Positions 38,064 to 50,079 of a stretch of 64,000 nt of DNA are shown here, in pieces. The position numbers and the translations under genes were made by a program. This stretch comes from Octopus sinensis (taxonomy: Eukaryota). The notes under the pieces are model-generated. The model saw only the letters and a list, made by a program, of their open reading frames with translations, was not told the origin of the DNA and searched no databases. Every line of letters begins with the position of its first letter. Position 1 is the first letter of the stretch. The stretch spans positions 25,047,360 to 25,111,359 of the forward strand of contig NC_043019.1 in the NCBI RefSeq assembly GCF_006345805.1, in the 5' to 3' direction.

Positions 38064-38769
38064 CTACAAGACATTTTGTCTGACACGACAACAATTCAGG
38101 AAGCTCAGCACCTTAACTCTGGTTTCAAATTTTGGAACAAGGCGAGCGAGTTCAGGAGGCGGGGGGGGGAGGGGGACTGATCGATTCCATCAACCCCAGT
38201 ACCCATTTTATTGGGTACTTATGTTATTGACCCAGAGAGGATGAAAGGCAAAGTTGAACTCTGCAGAATTTGAACTCAGAATGACACTTTAATATTGACA
38301 ATAATATTTAGAAAACAAAATAAAATGCAAACTTAACCCCTTGAGACACCCTCAGCTCTAAGGGACAAACTTCCCTAATTAAAATTACCGAAATTTTTAA
38401 AAACTTTCTTCCATCAAATTTTCATGTTAATTTATGTTCTAAACCCCAGTTTAACCGTTTTAATCAGTTCACAGCATCACCCACCTGATATCTGTGACCA
38501 AAGAGGAGACAACTACTCTGAAATGCTGGCAACTCACAGCCTAAGTAGGTGGCGCTACAAACTGATCTAGGTGTCTCCACACCATTTGTCTACTGTGACT
38601 CAAACATATTTGAACTGATAATAACAATGGTAATAACTGGTAATAATAACTCTGGTAATAACATTGCAATGACAAAGTTATTTTGCTGAATTCTTCATTA
38701 TTTTCGAAATTAATTGCCACAAAATGGACAAAATCAAAAGCAAACTCGATGAACATTAATGGAATTTGT

Positions 38770-39170
38770 AGTTTTGTGGTACCAGTGCCGGTGGCACATA
38801 CGAAAACCATCCGAACGTGGCCGTAGCCAGTACCACATTGACTGGCCTCCGTGCTGGTGGCACGTAACAAACACCATCTGATCGTGGCCGTGCCAGCCTT
38901 GCCTGGCCTCCGTGCCGGTGGCACGTAAAAAACACCATCCGAGCGTGGCCGTTTGCCAGCCTTGTCTGGCACCTGTGTCGGTGGCACATAAAAAGCACCC
39001 ACTACACTCACGGAGTGGTTGGCGTTAGGAAGGGCATCCAGCTGTAGATGCACTGCCAGATCTGACTGGCCTGGTGCAGCCTTCGGGCTTCCCAGACCCC
39101 AGTTGAACCGTCCAACCCATGCTAGCATGGAAAGCGGACGTTAAACGATGATGATGATGATGATGATGAA
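38770..39170 (+). mobile_element. RTE-3'UTR-derived repeat with internal tandem units and (GAT)n tail
   Basis: Same family as 25320-25575; lies about 100 nt from the TRMT10B coding exon 1 donor. Confidence 0.8.
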
Positions 39171-39272
39171 AGGCAGTGTATTGTTTAAAAGAAATACGGG
39201 AACAAACGGGTTTAAAGGAGTAAACCAAAAAAAACAGATTGAAGAATATTAAAGAAAAATATAATTATTTAC

Positions 39273-39347
39273 CATTTTATGTTTAGTTGAAGATGTTTCA
39301 TTATCGGAATCATAAAGGGACGGAAGCTCATCTGGAAACTCCTCCAT
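39273..39347 (-). CDS. TRMT10B: TRMT10B-like tRNA methyltransferase, coding exon 1 (MEEFPDELPSLYDSDNETSSTKHKM)
   Basis: ATG at 39347 with an in-frame TAA just upstream and an AG acceptor at 39377-39376 (28 nt of 5'UTR). GT donor (gtaaat) after 39273. Phase 0 joins exon 2. The acidic N-terminus is poorly conserved, so this exon rests on splice and phase logic. Confidence 0.7.
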
Positions 39348-39837
39348 TCTGGTATTTTACGGAGAGTTAGTGATTCTGAAACAGAATTTCAACAATTTCT
39401 TTTAATTTATTTTGGTAAAATGTCAATTTGCTATAAAAGTTAAATAATGTAAAATGCAGGGACACTGCCCATAGCCTTTTTCAAGTTGGGGTGTATTATG
39501 CTTTAGCTTTAATCTTTTATTTATTTCTGTCATGTGCCAATTACAGATTGTATTTGTAATGTGTGAGTTAGTTGAGTGATTTCATATGAATGTATGGGGG
39601 GGGGGGTGTATGTATGTAATTGTTCAGTTTTATTTCAAAATTTCTTGCCAAAAGGAAAGAGCCGGTTTCTAGCCTAGATTTATTGGAATTTCAACAACAT
39701 CAACAGGGAGGGTGGGTGGGTATGTATGCATGCATGATGTATGTATGTATGTATGTATGTGTGAAGATTTGTATGGTTTGCTTTATGTATATATTCTCAT
39801 GCATATAGTTGCTTATCTAGAAATGCTCATATATATA

Positions 39838-40470
39838 TTTAAATGATAAACTTTTGGAAAGTGTTACAGATTTTTACAGTTCCACTGATGGATTGGATCT
39901 GTAGTCTTCGAATTAGCTTTCTCCTTTCTGGTTTTGAGAAGCCTAATTTCCCAAGATTGGTATTTAGGCAGTGTGTTACATATCCCAGGACCCCAATAAT
40001 TACAGGTATAGACGCATAGATGTTCTCTTTTTCACTGATCTTCAGCTTTATGTTATCTATCATCTGCTGGGCAGCTAATTTCCACAACTGCACACAGTTT
40101 CCCTTCTCTATCCCAAATCATTATATCAGGTCTGTTGTGCTTACATTTTATTGAGTTCTTTACTGGCACATTCCACCAATATTCCTTTTCATTATGAATG
40201 GCTATGGCTTCTACCATATTGTGGGTTCTTATTCCTTTGTCCTCACGGTTATCCTTTTGACGGATCTCATTCTACACTGTCCTAGCTACAACATCATGTC
40301 TCATCAGTAGATAATAACGTGATGATATTTTCAAACAACTGCTTATGAATATGGGTGATACCTTTGATGTTAACTCCACAAAGTCTGCATCGGTTGTCAC
40401 ATTTTACTGCTTTTCCTGCATCTCTAGCCCTTTTGTGCATCAGGTATTTGGTTGATATATCCTGTTCCTG
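39838..40470 (-). mobile_element. RLE-type non-LTR retrotransposon C-terminal fragment
   Basis: QEQDISTKYL...CRLCG...ITH (CCHC finger) and IPVIIGVLG...LQIQSISGTVKICNTF*. Confidence 0.78.
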
Positions 40471-41789
40471 TATGCATCTATGTATGCATGTATGTATGAA
40501 CATATGTATGTCTTATGAGTGTGTATGTTTGTGTATGTGTTTGTCCCTCACTGTTTGATAACAGTGTTGGTGTGTTTACATCCCCATAGCTTAGAAGTTC
40601 AGCAAAAGAGACTGATAGAATAAGTACCAGACTTTACAAAAAAAAAGAACAAAAAATTGGAGTCAATCCATTCAATTAAAAATTTTTCAAAGCAGTGCCC
40701 CAGCATGGCCACAGCCCAATGACTGAAACAGGTAAAAGATAGAAAAAAGTTAGAATTGAATTAGAATAAAAATTAACAATTCATCTGAAAAATAATGAAA
40801 TCAACAGAATTGATTTTGACAACAAAAGAATAACACACAACCTCATCCCCATGAACCCCTGGATATTAATGTCTCCAGTCCTAGGACTCAAGGGCCAATT
40901 ACCTTGTTTCTATGGCACATAATTGACTGGGATCACAACAGTCCCCCTGGATAGGAAGCTAGTCCATTGCAGGTTACTCGTTTACAGCTGAATGAAATGG
41001 AACACGAAATGAAATGTTTTCCTCACAGATGCAATGCACTGCCTGGCACAAGCATTGAAACCACGATCTTGCGATTGCGTGTGCAACACTTTAACCACTA
41101 GGCTACGTGTCTTCAAGGTGCAAAATATCTTACAGGAAAATTCATGATTGTTTAAAGACCAGATAACAAGTCTAAAAACCTTGATGATGATGATGATGAT
41201 GATGATGATTAAGATGATGATAATGGTAACGGTGACAAGGACAGTGATGATGATGATTAAGACGGTGAGAAATAAGATAATACAGATCGTGATGGCGAGA
41301 TTATCATGATCGTGATCATCATCGTCAATATCAAAACGATTTTGTCATGGTTGATGCAATAATTACCAGTCATCAACTGATATTAATTCATTAAGTTGTA
41401 ATTAACCCCCCACCACCACCACCACACATACAGACCCACACACTTTTTTTAGAATATATATCTATGGACTTGTACCTATGTACAACAAAATTACTTTAAC
41501 AATGTAATTATTTTATCACGCACATAATATAAGAAATATATTTTCATTATCTAAAGTAATTTTGCATGCTATTCATGATGTTTTTTACATATCATTTAGT
41601 GAAAAAAATAGGATTACCATCACAATCCTCTTCCGCCTCCTCCTCATCATCATTATTATTTGCTTGCCCTGTGATAAAATGTATATTTGCTGCTCTAATG
41701 CAAAACTGATGAGAATTACACCAACAACTGACTGAGGGTTATTGCTACAGTGAAAAAAAAAAGAAAATTTATTATTATTATTATTATTA

Positions 41790-42510
41790 TTAAAAGCAGT
41801 GAGCTGGCAGAATCGTTTGCCCACTGCACGAAATGCTTAGCGGTAATTTGGCCATCGCTACATTCTGAATTCAAATTCCACCAAGGTCGACTGTGCCTTC
41901 CATCCTTTCGGGGTCGATAAATTAAGTACCAGTAGAGTACTGGGGTCGATGTACTCGACTATCTCCCTCCCCCAACTTTCAGACCTTGTGCTTATAGGAA
42001 ATATTATTATCATTATTCTTATTATTATTATTAAGATAATGAACTGGATGAGTCATTAGTACGCCAGACAAAACACTTAGTGACATTTCATCTGTCTTTG
42101 AGTTCTAAGTTCTGAGTTCAAACTACACTGGAGTCGACTTCACTTTTCACCCTTTTAGGGGTCAAAAAAATAAGTACCAGTCAAGTACTGGGGTCATTGT
42201 AATTGACAATTTATTCATCCCCCCAAAAAAATTTCAGGTCTTGTGCCTACAGCAAAGAGTATTTTTATTGTTATAGTCATTGTCATTCTCCTCATTATTA
42301 TTATTATTATTGTTGTTGTTGTTGTCATCGTTGTTACGCTTGGCAGCATTTCATCCCTTATTACATTCTAAGTTCAAATTCTGCCATGGTTAACTTTGTC
42401 TTTCATCCTTTTCAGGGTCAATAAATCAAGTACTAGTTAATTACTAGGGGGGGGGGTCGATGTGATCAACTATCCCCTTCCTTACAAATTCCTGACCTTG
42501 TGCCTATAGT
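41790..42510 (+). mobile_element. Three head-to-tail family A SINEs separated by (ATT)n
   Basis: Repeated head, core and ccttgtgcc.atag tail; further family A copies at about 30030, 31915, 32925, 36120, 38120. Confidence 0.8.
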
Positions 42511-43081
42511 AAAAAGGAATATTATTAGTGGTAGTAGTATTAGTAGCAGCAAAAGCAGTCGTAGTGGTAGTAGTGGTGGTGGTGGTGTTTGTTTGCATTT
42601 TTTTTTACCTTTTTGTTGCTGGGCACCCATTAAATCTTATGTAATAAATCAGCAAAGATAATTTTATCAAGCATAAGTATTAGATTGCTTTGAACTATAA
42701 CTTGACTGAAATGTTTTGTCATGAGGATTAACAAGAATTATCTCAAAGAGCGATTGTGACGAATCATTTATTATCTTAACAATCATTGCCACTATCATAG
42801 CTTCTCAATCAGTTGTGGACAAACTGTGACCCACGGCACTTTCGAAATAAGCATTCTTTTTTTCTTCTTTTTTTTTAAAACTTATTTCAGTCATTTGACT
42901 GCAACCATGCAACATGGAGGAGATTTAGCCAAACAAATTGAGCCCTGAACTCATTCTTTGTAAGCCTAGTGCCTATTCTGTCAGTCTCTTATGCTGAACC
43001 GCTAAGTTACAGTGACGTTAACACACCAACACCAAGCAATGGCAGTGATAGTGGCAGTGGTAGGGACAAATATGGACACAA

Positions 43082-43120
<39 letters not shown>

Positions 43121-43199
43121 GATAGATAGATAGATAGATAGATAACAATCAACCTTATATAGAAACATATTTATGTATATATATATATATATATATATA

Positions 43200-43412
43200 C
43201 ATTCAAAATGTGACCGCGTCTGTACCGTTGGCGATTTTTTTTCTTCTGTCTTCCCTTCTCTGGATCTTTCCTTCTATGTTTCCGATGAAGAGCGCCGCTC
43301 GAAACGTTAAACCCTCCTTCTTTCCTGAGCGTCCAATAATACAATATTTGTTCCACATCCTCGCGTTGTTGTGTTTTTTTTGTGCTTTCATGTTTGGATT
43401 AACTATATATAT
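43200..43412 (+). mobile_element. Penelope-like pseudo-LTR tail inserted in (TA)n
   Basis: Flanked by TA tracts and contains a minimal hammerhead-like motif; no coding sequence. Confidence 0.55.
43278..43312 (+). ncRNA. Candidate minimal type I hammerhead ribozyme
   Basis: GTTT-CCGATGA-A-GAGC(GCC)GCTC-GAAA-CG-TT/AAAC: helix I GTTT:AAAC, helix II GAGC:GCTC, palindromic ACGT helix III; U4 replaced by C. Confidence 0.55.
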
Positions 43413-43591
43413 ATATATACATACATATATATACAGTTATGTCTGTGTGCATATAAAGATAGATAGATAGATAGGTAGATAGGTATCTGCAGGTATAGGT
43501 TAGAGATGTTTAAAGCCTCTAGGGGATAGATCAATTTGTTTTCCAATGTATCCCTCTATGTTTCGTTTTTTTCTCTACCTCTGACTTCTTC

Positions 43592-45220
43592 GTTCTGATG
43601 ACCTTGCTCTAATAGTTGAGTCACTGCCAGAACTGGAGACGAACTTTAGAGTGTGGAAGCAAGGTCTAGAATCGAAGGGCCTTAGGGTTAACTTAGCAAA
43701 AACCAAAGTCTTAGTAAGTAGGAAGGTTGTCAAATCACAATCCCCTTCAGGTAGATGGCACTGCTTGATCTGTAAAAAAGGAATGGGTAGAAACTCCATA
43801 AGATATACCCAATGTAAGCTATGGACACATGAAAGGTGCAGCAATATCAAAGGAAGTCTAACCAGGAAAATAGTCTTTGTGTGTGGCAGATGCACTGAGG
43901 CAATAAACACTGAAGATGTACAGAAAACAGATTCCATCACATGCCAGGGGAAGAAACTAGAAGTAGTTAATAGCTTCGGCTACCTAGGCGACCAAGTCTG
44001 TAGTGGGGGTGGTTGCTCTGAGAGTGTAGAGACTAGAGTAAGAATAGCCTGGGCAAAGTTCAGGGAGTTCCTACCTCTGCTGGCAACTAGGAGCCTCTCA
44101 CTCAGGGTGAAAGGTAGACTATGATGCATGTGTGCGAAATACCATGCTACACAGCAGTGAAACATGGGCCATGACTGCTGAGGACATGCGTAGGCTTTAA
44201 AGAAATGAAGCTAGTATGTTAAGTTAAGTTAATTTTTTGGCTCAAAAAGTAAAAAGCAAGGCCATGTAGGGGGACATGGAGTTATGTACAGGGTGGTGTT
44301 CATGCAAAGAGTTCAGGCCATTTGTAGTCAAGGGAGACTTTGAACCGAGCGGTCGTCAGCATCTTCACTATCTCATTCGGCAGCTTATTCCACGGATCTG
44401 CAACCCGGACAGAGAAAGCCCCTCTCCTTCGATTGAGATGAAATCATTGCAGATAGAGCTTTTCGGAGTGACCCCGCAGCCGACGTTCTGGAGCAGGAGT
44501 GAAGAACAGCTCTCTCGAGAGGTTACACTTTCCGCTTATGTGTAATGTCAGTGTGCATACATGACAGAGTGTAAGTGCTCTGAGAGAAAAGTTGGGCATA
44601 AGAAGCATCAAATGTGGTGTGCAAAAGAGGCGACTGTGCTGGTATGGTCATATGTTATGTATGAATGAAGACAGCTGTGTGAGGAAATGCCACTCCCTAA
44701 CTGTAGAAGGAACCTGTGGAAGAGGTAGACCCAGGAAGACATGGAATGAGATGGTGAAGCATGACCTTCGAACACTAGGCCTCACGGAGGCAATGACAGG
44801 AAATCGGGACTTTTGAGATATGCTGTGACTGAGAAGACCCAGCAACTAAAGTGAGATCACAGCCACACATGTCTGGCGATATGATATGCTTGAGAAGACC
44901 TGTTGAGTCAAGTAAAACCAATACCGTAGCTGTGGTCAGTTCCTTCTGGCTCCCGTGCCGGTGGCACATAAAAAGTATCATCCGAATGTGGCCAATACCA
45001 GTATCCCCTGACTGGCCCCCGAGCCGGTGGCATGTAAAAAGCACCAACTACATTCTTGGAGTGGTTGGCATTAGGAAGGGCATCTAGCTGTAGAATCATT
45101 GCCAGATCAGGTTGGAGCCTGGTGCAGCAGCTGGTTCTCCAGACCTCAGTCAAACCATTCAACCCATGCCAGCATGGAAAACAGACATTAAACAATGATG
45201 TTGATGATGATGATGATGAT
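43592..45220 (+). mobile_element. 5'-truncated RTE-clade LINE with PHD-like finger, 3'UTR and (GAT)n tail
   Basis: DDLALI..., GLRVNLAKTKV, CLICKKG..C..C..H.RC..C..C, YLGD, AWAKFRE, WYGH, GRGRPRKTW motifs. Confidence 0.92.
44221..44528 (-). mobile_element. CR1-clade LINE 3' end nested antisense in an RTE
   Basis: LRGH...AFSVRVADPWNKLPNEIV..FKVSLD, (TTAAC)n tail; splits the RTE ORF. Confidence 0.85.
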
Positions 45221-46289
45221 ATGAATATTTGTATGTATGTATTCTCACGCCCTGTTCAATGTTGTTGTTTAAATCATTTTTTTATACAAAATACTGACAC
45301 CTTGACATAATTTTGTAAATACTGCATCAGACTTTCTGACAAGCACAAACGATATATGAACGATTTTATCGCATAAAAACCTGAATACACATGTTAAACA
45401 CTTCATTAAATACCTTGAGCATATCATTGACTTCTTTATATCTCAATATGCATGACATTAACAACAAACACTTTAGACAGACTCCATTCAGTATTTCTAT
45501 GAGTCTACACTATGAAATCCACTGAATTGTAGAATTAATCTTAGTTTCCAAATTTCTAAAGGTGGTAGTAGTGGTGACGAAGGAGAAAGAAATGGTCCCA
45601 CATTGGTTTTTTTTGGAGGGGTTATACATGATGGACTTGAACCATAGGCCACTGTGCAATGATTAATAATTCAAGAAATTTTGGTAGTATAATAAACATT
45701 TGTGTCTACTTTCAGAAAACCATTGATTTAATTACCCTGAAAAATATCTCAAAAATCTCCCAAAATTCTTTTTCACTTTTAGGGTCACTTGACATCTCTA
45801 GCCTTTCTTTCCTTATTATTTATTTAATAAGGAAATATAAGAGTAGATTGCACACATATATTTCTAACATTGAAATATTCTCAAACTTGAGATATGAGAT
45901 GTTAAATATGGCTACAAGTTTACCAAAATCTTCAAATTCAGTTCAGCCCCTTACTGTGAATGCCCACAGAATTAGAACCATACATACTTAGAAGCTGAAA
46001 TTCTCAGGATTGACTAAGCACAAGGATAGCTTCACTTAGAAAAAAAATTCAGGCAATTTGACAGAAAACATCATGCAAGTTTGGTTCACTGTTAGTCTAT
46101 AATTTTCTTTAAGTCTAGCACTTGTTCTATCAGTTCTTTTGCCAAACTGCTAATTTATGGGGACATAAACACACCAACACCAGTTTCAAGCAGTTTCAGG
46201 AGAGAAACAGACACAAAGACATACACAAAAACATGACAAGAACAACATCCCCAGACCTGGAGGCAACCAGAGATGCACCAGTAATGTGA

Positions 46290-46850
46290 ACACAGCCAAC
46301 ACCCAAGCCTGGAAATACAGTGTGGCTTTCAAGCAATGCTTGTGTAACCACAGGTCCTCATCCAAAGTACCAGAGAGACGATCTGTCACATCCCTGGCCA
46401 GCCATGTGTGGTGCCTCGAAGATTAAGGGATGTCATACGATATCAAGTGGGAGATCCTAGAACAGCCTGGCTCCTACACCAACAGGAGTCGATGCTGCAA
46501 GCTCTGCATAACCTAGTGAACTAGGATACTCAAAGACTCCCTAAAATTGGGGTTACTGAATACTCGCCAAGAAATCTTTACACCATGCATCCATTTCAGG
46601 TGCTACCTACTGCAAACATGGGATTAACCCATTCACAGAAGCGTCCTCACGATACATTAGAAAGGATATTCCTCAAATAACTGGTCAGGGGAGATAACCC
46701 ATCCTCACTATCACTGACCCTTTTTATTCTTTGATGACCATTGACCCATAATAACTTTTCACCCCTGAGAGGCGAAGAGTTAATGAATTTGTTTGATGAG
46801 TTGTCCACAAAACTATGGCTTTTGTGGATGCAAAACCATTGTTCACTCTA
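46290..46850 (+). mobile_element. Penelope-like element: GIY-YIG C-terminal remnant plus pseudo-LTR
   Basis: FKQ..NHRSS...SLASHVW...YDIKWEIL...SY....CKLC...LLNTRQEIFTPCIH, typical of the PLE endonuclease tail. Confidence 0.82.
46791..46846 (+). ncRNA. Relic hammerhead motif in a Penelope pseudo-LTR
   Basis: TTGATGAG + 9-bp perfect stem TCCACAAAA:TTTTGTGGA + CAAAAC; both core changes are transitions. Expected position downstream of GIY-YIG. Confidence 0.35.
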
Positions 46851-46862
46851 TGATAAGACATT

Positions 46863-47025
46863 AGGCGCAGGAGTGGCTGTGTGGTAAGTAGCTTGCTAAC
46901 CAACCACATGGTTCCGGGTTCAGTCCCTCTGCGTGGCATCTTGGGCAAGTGTCTTCTGCTATAGCCCCGGGCCGACCAATGCCTTGTGAGTGGATTTTGT
47001 AGACGGAAACTGAAAGAAGCCTGTC

Positions 47026-47087
<62 letters not shown>

Positions 47088-47258
47088 GTTTGTGTGTCTG
47101 TGTTTGTCCCCCTAGCATTGCGGTTCGGCAAAAAGAGACCGATAGAATAAGTACTGGGCTTACAAAGAATAAGTCCCGGGGTCGATTTGCTCGACTAAAG
47201 GCGGTGCTCCAGCATGGCCGCAGTCAAAAGACTGAAACAAGTAAAAGAGTAAAAGAGT
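46863..47258 (+). mobile_element. Family B SINE with internal deletion
   Basis: Near-consensus head and tail, CpGs retained. Confidence 0.9.
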
Positions 47259-47940
47259 AGAGTATATATGTCTGTATGAGTTCGAGGTTAAGCAATATTC
47301 ACGTTCGAATCTACCTGAACGTATTTAGAATAAATATGTAAACTATCGTTTATTGACTGTTAGCTGTACCAATACAGACTATCACGACTTTTGTTGGGCT
47401 TTAAACAACAATCCTCGTTGTTGTTTAGGCCTAGGTCAGCCTTGATCGGGCAGACAAGTCTATGATCCTTTGCTCTCGGGCCACGACCTCACAGTCCTAT
47501 ATTCAGACATAGTGTATCTACGAGTACATTATCTAATGTGTCCTTTCTTATGACGGTAAGATGTGACTCAACTGTTATTTTTAGCAAGTCAAGCATTCGG
47601 GTGGAGGGGCGTAGCCTAATGACTATAGTGTTGCACTTACGATCTGGCGATCGTGGTTTCGATTCGTGAACTGGTTGGTGCATTGTATTCTTGAGCAAAT
47701 ATTTCCTGTTGCTCCAAAACATTCAGCCCTAAATAAATAAATCTCAAGACAGACTGGCGTCCCGTTCAGGAGTTGCGTTGTGATCTCGGTCAAGTTTACG
47801 CCATGGGAAGTGGTTAAAAGGTTCTGAGAGGTCAACGTTTATCAACGTTTTTAATTATCGGGTCACATCAAAAACCTGGATTTTTTTTAAGGGATCGCAC
47901 CAAAAATTGTATAACAAATCAATCAAAGAAAAAAATTATT

Positions 47941-48233
47941 GGCGATCTTTCGTCTCTAGTAGACCTTTCCGTCGATTTCCGTAAAAAACATTTTTTTTTT
48001 TTACATATGGGCTTGCGGGAACTTTTGAAGTAATGAGAGCGAAAGAGACTAAGAGAAAGCGATTGTATGACGAGGGAAGTTCTTTTGAAGTTACCCTGCA
48101 TGGGAAGCATTGCTGTACATGTATGTGTGTGTGTGTGTGTGAACTTCAAAAGTTCCCGCAAGCCCATAAGTAAAAAAAAAAAATGTTTTTTACGGAAATC
48201 GGCGGAAAGGTCTACTAGAGACGAAAGATTGCC
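47941..48233. mobile_element. MITE with 91-bp TIRs and 8-bp TSD AAATTATT
   Basis: Arms 47941-48031 and 48143-48233 near-perfectly complementary; AAATTATT at 47933-47940 and 48234-48241; GGC...GCC termini. Confidence 0.88.
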
Positions 48234-49409
48234 AAATTATTATATTTATAAAAGGAAAAACGATAAGCATTTATGTAGAAATATTCTTTAGGACACGTGT
48301 GACTGTTTATCGTCTGATCAAGCAGGCCTCTGACCAAAAACGTTTCGGACCGGTCCATTTTGTATGCCAGATGTCCTTCCCTTTTCTACGACAGAAATAA
48401 TATGACTAAGAGTTTTTGTTGATATTTCTAGTAAGTACAGTATACCTTATTGCTATTTCGAAATCTGACGAGGACCACAGTATACCAAACTGAATGGTTT
48501 ATTTTTATACCAAAGTGAATGCGAATAGCGGCGTATTTTATAAAATACAGGGAATGTATAGAAACAAGATGGTTTATTTAAAATAGCGAAACGAAAATAA
48601 AAAATAGTTTAGTCTTTTTCTACTCAAGGTAGAGAATTTCTTTTCATTTTAAAAGCACGTGTACTACGAGAAATTCATAAAAAAAAAAAGAAAATGGGTT
48701 TATTCCATCATGAAACAAAAAATAACACGAGCGATAATAATGTCCATTTTAAGGGCTTGTATATTGAGGGAAAAGCTTTTCGGTAACTTAGAAATATTCA
48801 ATTAGAAGCAACACTTATAAAACCCCATTAATTATAAGAAGTAATGAAGTATATGAGCCGGGAGAAATTTCAATAAGATGCAATTTGTAAACAATGGTTT
48901 CGTTTCGGTATTTCGTGTACACCAGGGTGCTTTTATACATTCCCTTTTGTCCTTTTTTTTTTTAAAAAAAAAAGAAATTATGCCACGATTATCTACATTT
49001 AACAACAAAAATATCATACAAACAAGAGAGATGATGATTCTATAACTTCAGCAAATAAATTAGTTTACACCATTGTCAATGTTGATGATGATGATGATGA
49101 TGCCTGGTTGCCAACACAAGGAAGTTAATGTAAATCACGCGCTGAAATCTCCTAAAAGACTCAAATATTGAAATCTCTTTTATGTGTGATTAACGTTACT
49201 TGGTAGGAGGGGGGTTTTATTTGAAATTTTGTTGGGTGAATTTTTTAAGAAATGCAAAAGTAACAGAAAGTTTAATTCAAAAACTAACTCAAAAATGTTA
49301 CATTCTATAGAATAAAAAACATTAATAACGTCACTATGACATCCGTTGAATCTGAAACTGTCACGAGAAAGCAGCCTCGATTCCGTTAATGTTTTGTCAC
49401 AATGCAATT

Positions 49410-49750
49410 GTACCACCGCTCCCTCCCCCTCCTTCTTTCTCTCATAACGTCTCCTTCTCCTCCTCTGTCGTTCTCTCCTTTTGTCTCCCTCTTCTCTCTC
49501 TCTTTCTCTTATTATGTCTCCTTCACCCCTCTCTCTTTCTCTATATCACTTTTACTTCCTTCTCCCATCCTTTTCGTTATATCTGTTCTCCCTCTCCCTC
49601 TCTCTCGACATATATCTCTCTCTACCCTTTATTCTCACTATCCCTCCCTCTTCCTCTTTCGTTATATCTCTTTCTCTCCCCTTCATTCGTTTTCCCCCCC
49701 TCTGTCTATATATATCCATATATCTCTATCTCTCTCTCTATATATATATA
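49410..49750. repeat. Pyrimidine-rich (CT-like) tract upstream of the NPEPPS ATG
   Basis: Strong C/T strand bias over about 340 bp. Confidence 0.85.
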
Positions 49751-50079
49751 TATATTTAAACACCCGGGGATATACCCCCCCATTTATACCGCATATTCTC
49801 ATTCATTGCTTGTCTTACATGTTATATAGTCTGCTTTTTTTTTTACACTCTCTCATTCAATAACAACAATCAGTCGACTCCGGCTTGTTGTCACCATTGC
49901 TACTACTACTATCATTATTATATAGTTTTCTGAACAAGGCTGCTGCCACTTCATTCACACCCGGTCTATATTCACCATTGCTGCCACCTGCATCAACGCC
50001 GCCGCCGTCGCTGCTGCCGCCACCATTGTCATCCACCACACCAGCAAACATCATCGTTAATTGAAAAAGACCCTGAGAC

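Larger units (their letters stand above)
47300..50079. promoter_or_regulatory. Probable shared or bidirectional promoter region and NPEPPS 5'UTR
   Basis: Lies between divergent genes, retains CpG, has GCC/GCT repeats before the NPEPPS ATG; TRMT10B needs an upstream non-coding exon. TSS positions not identifiable. Confidence 0.45.

Noticed and set aside
49860-50079. N-terminal extension of NPEPPS from the GCC/GCT repeats
   Set aside because: In-frame TGA at 50074-50076.
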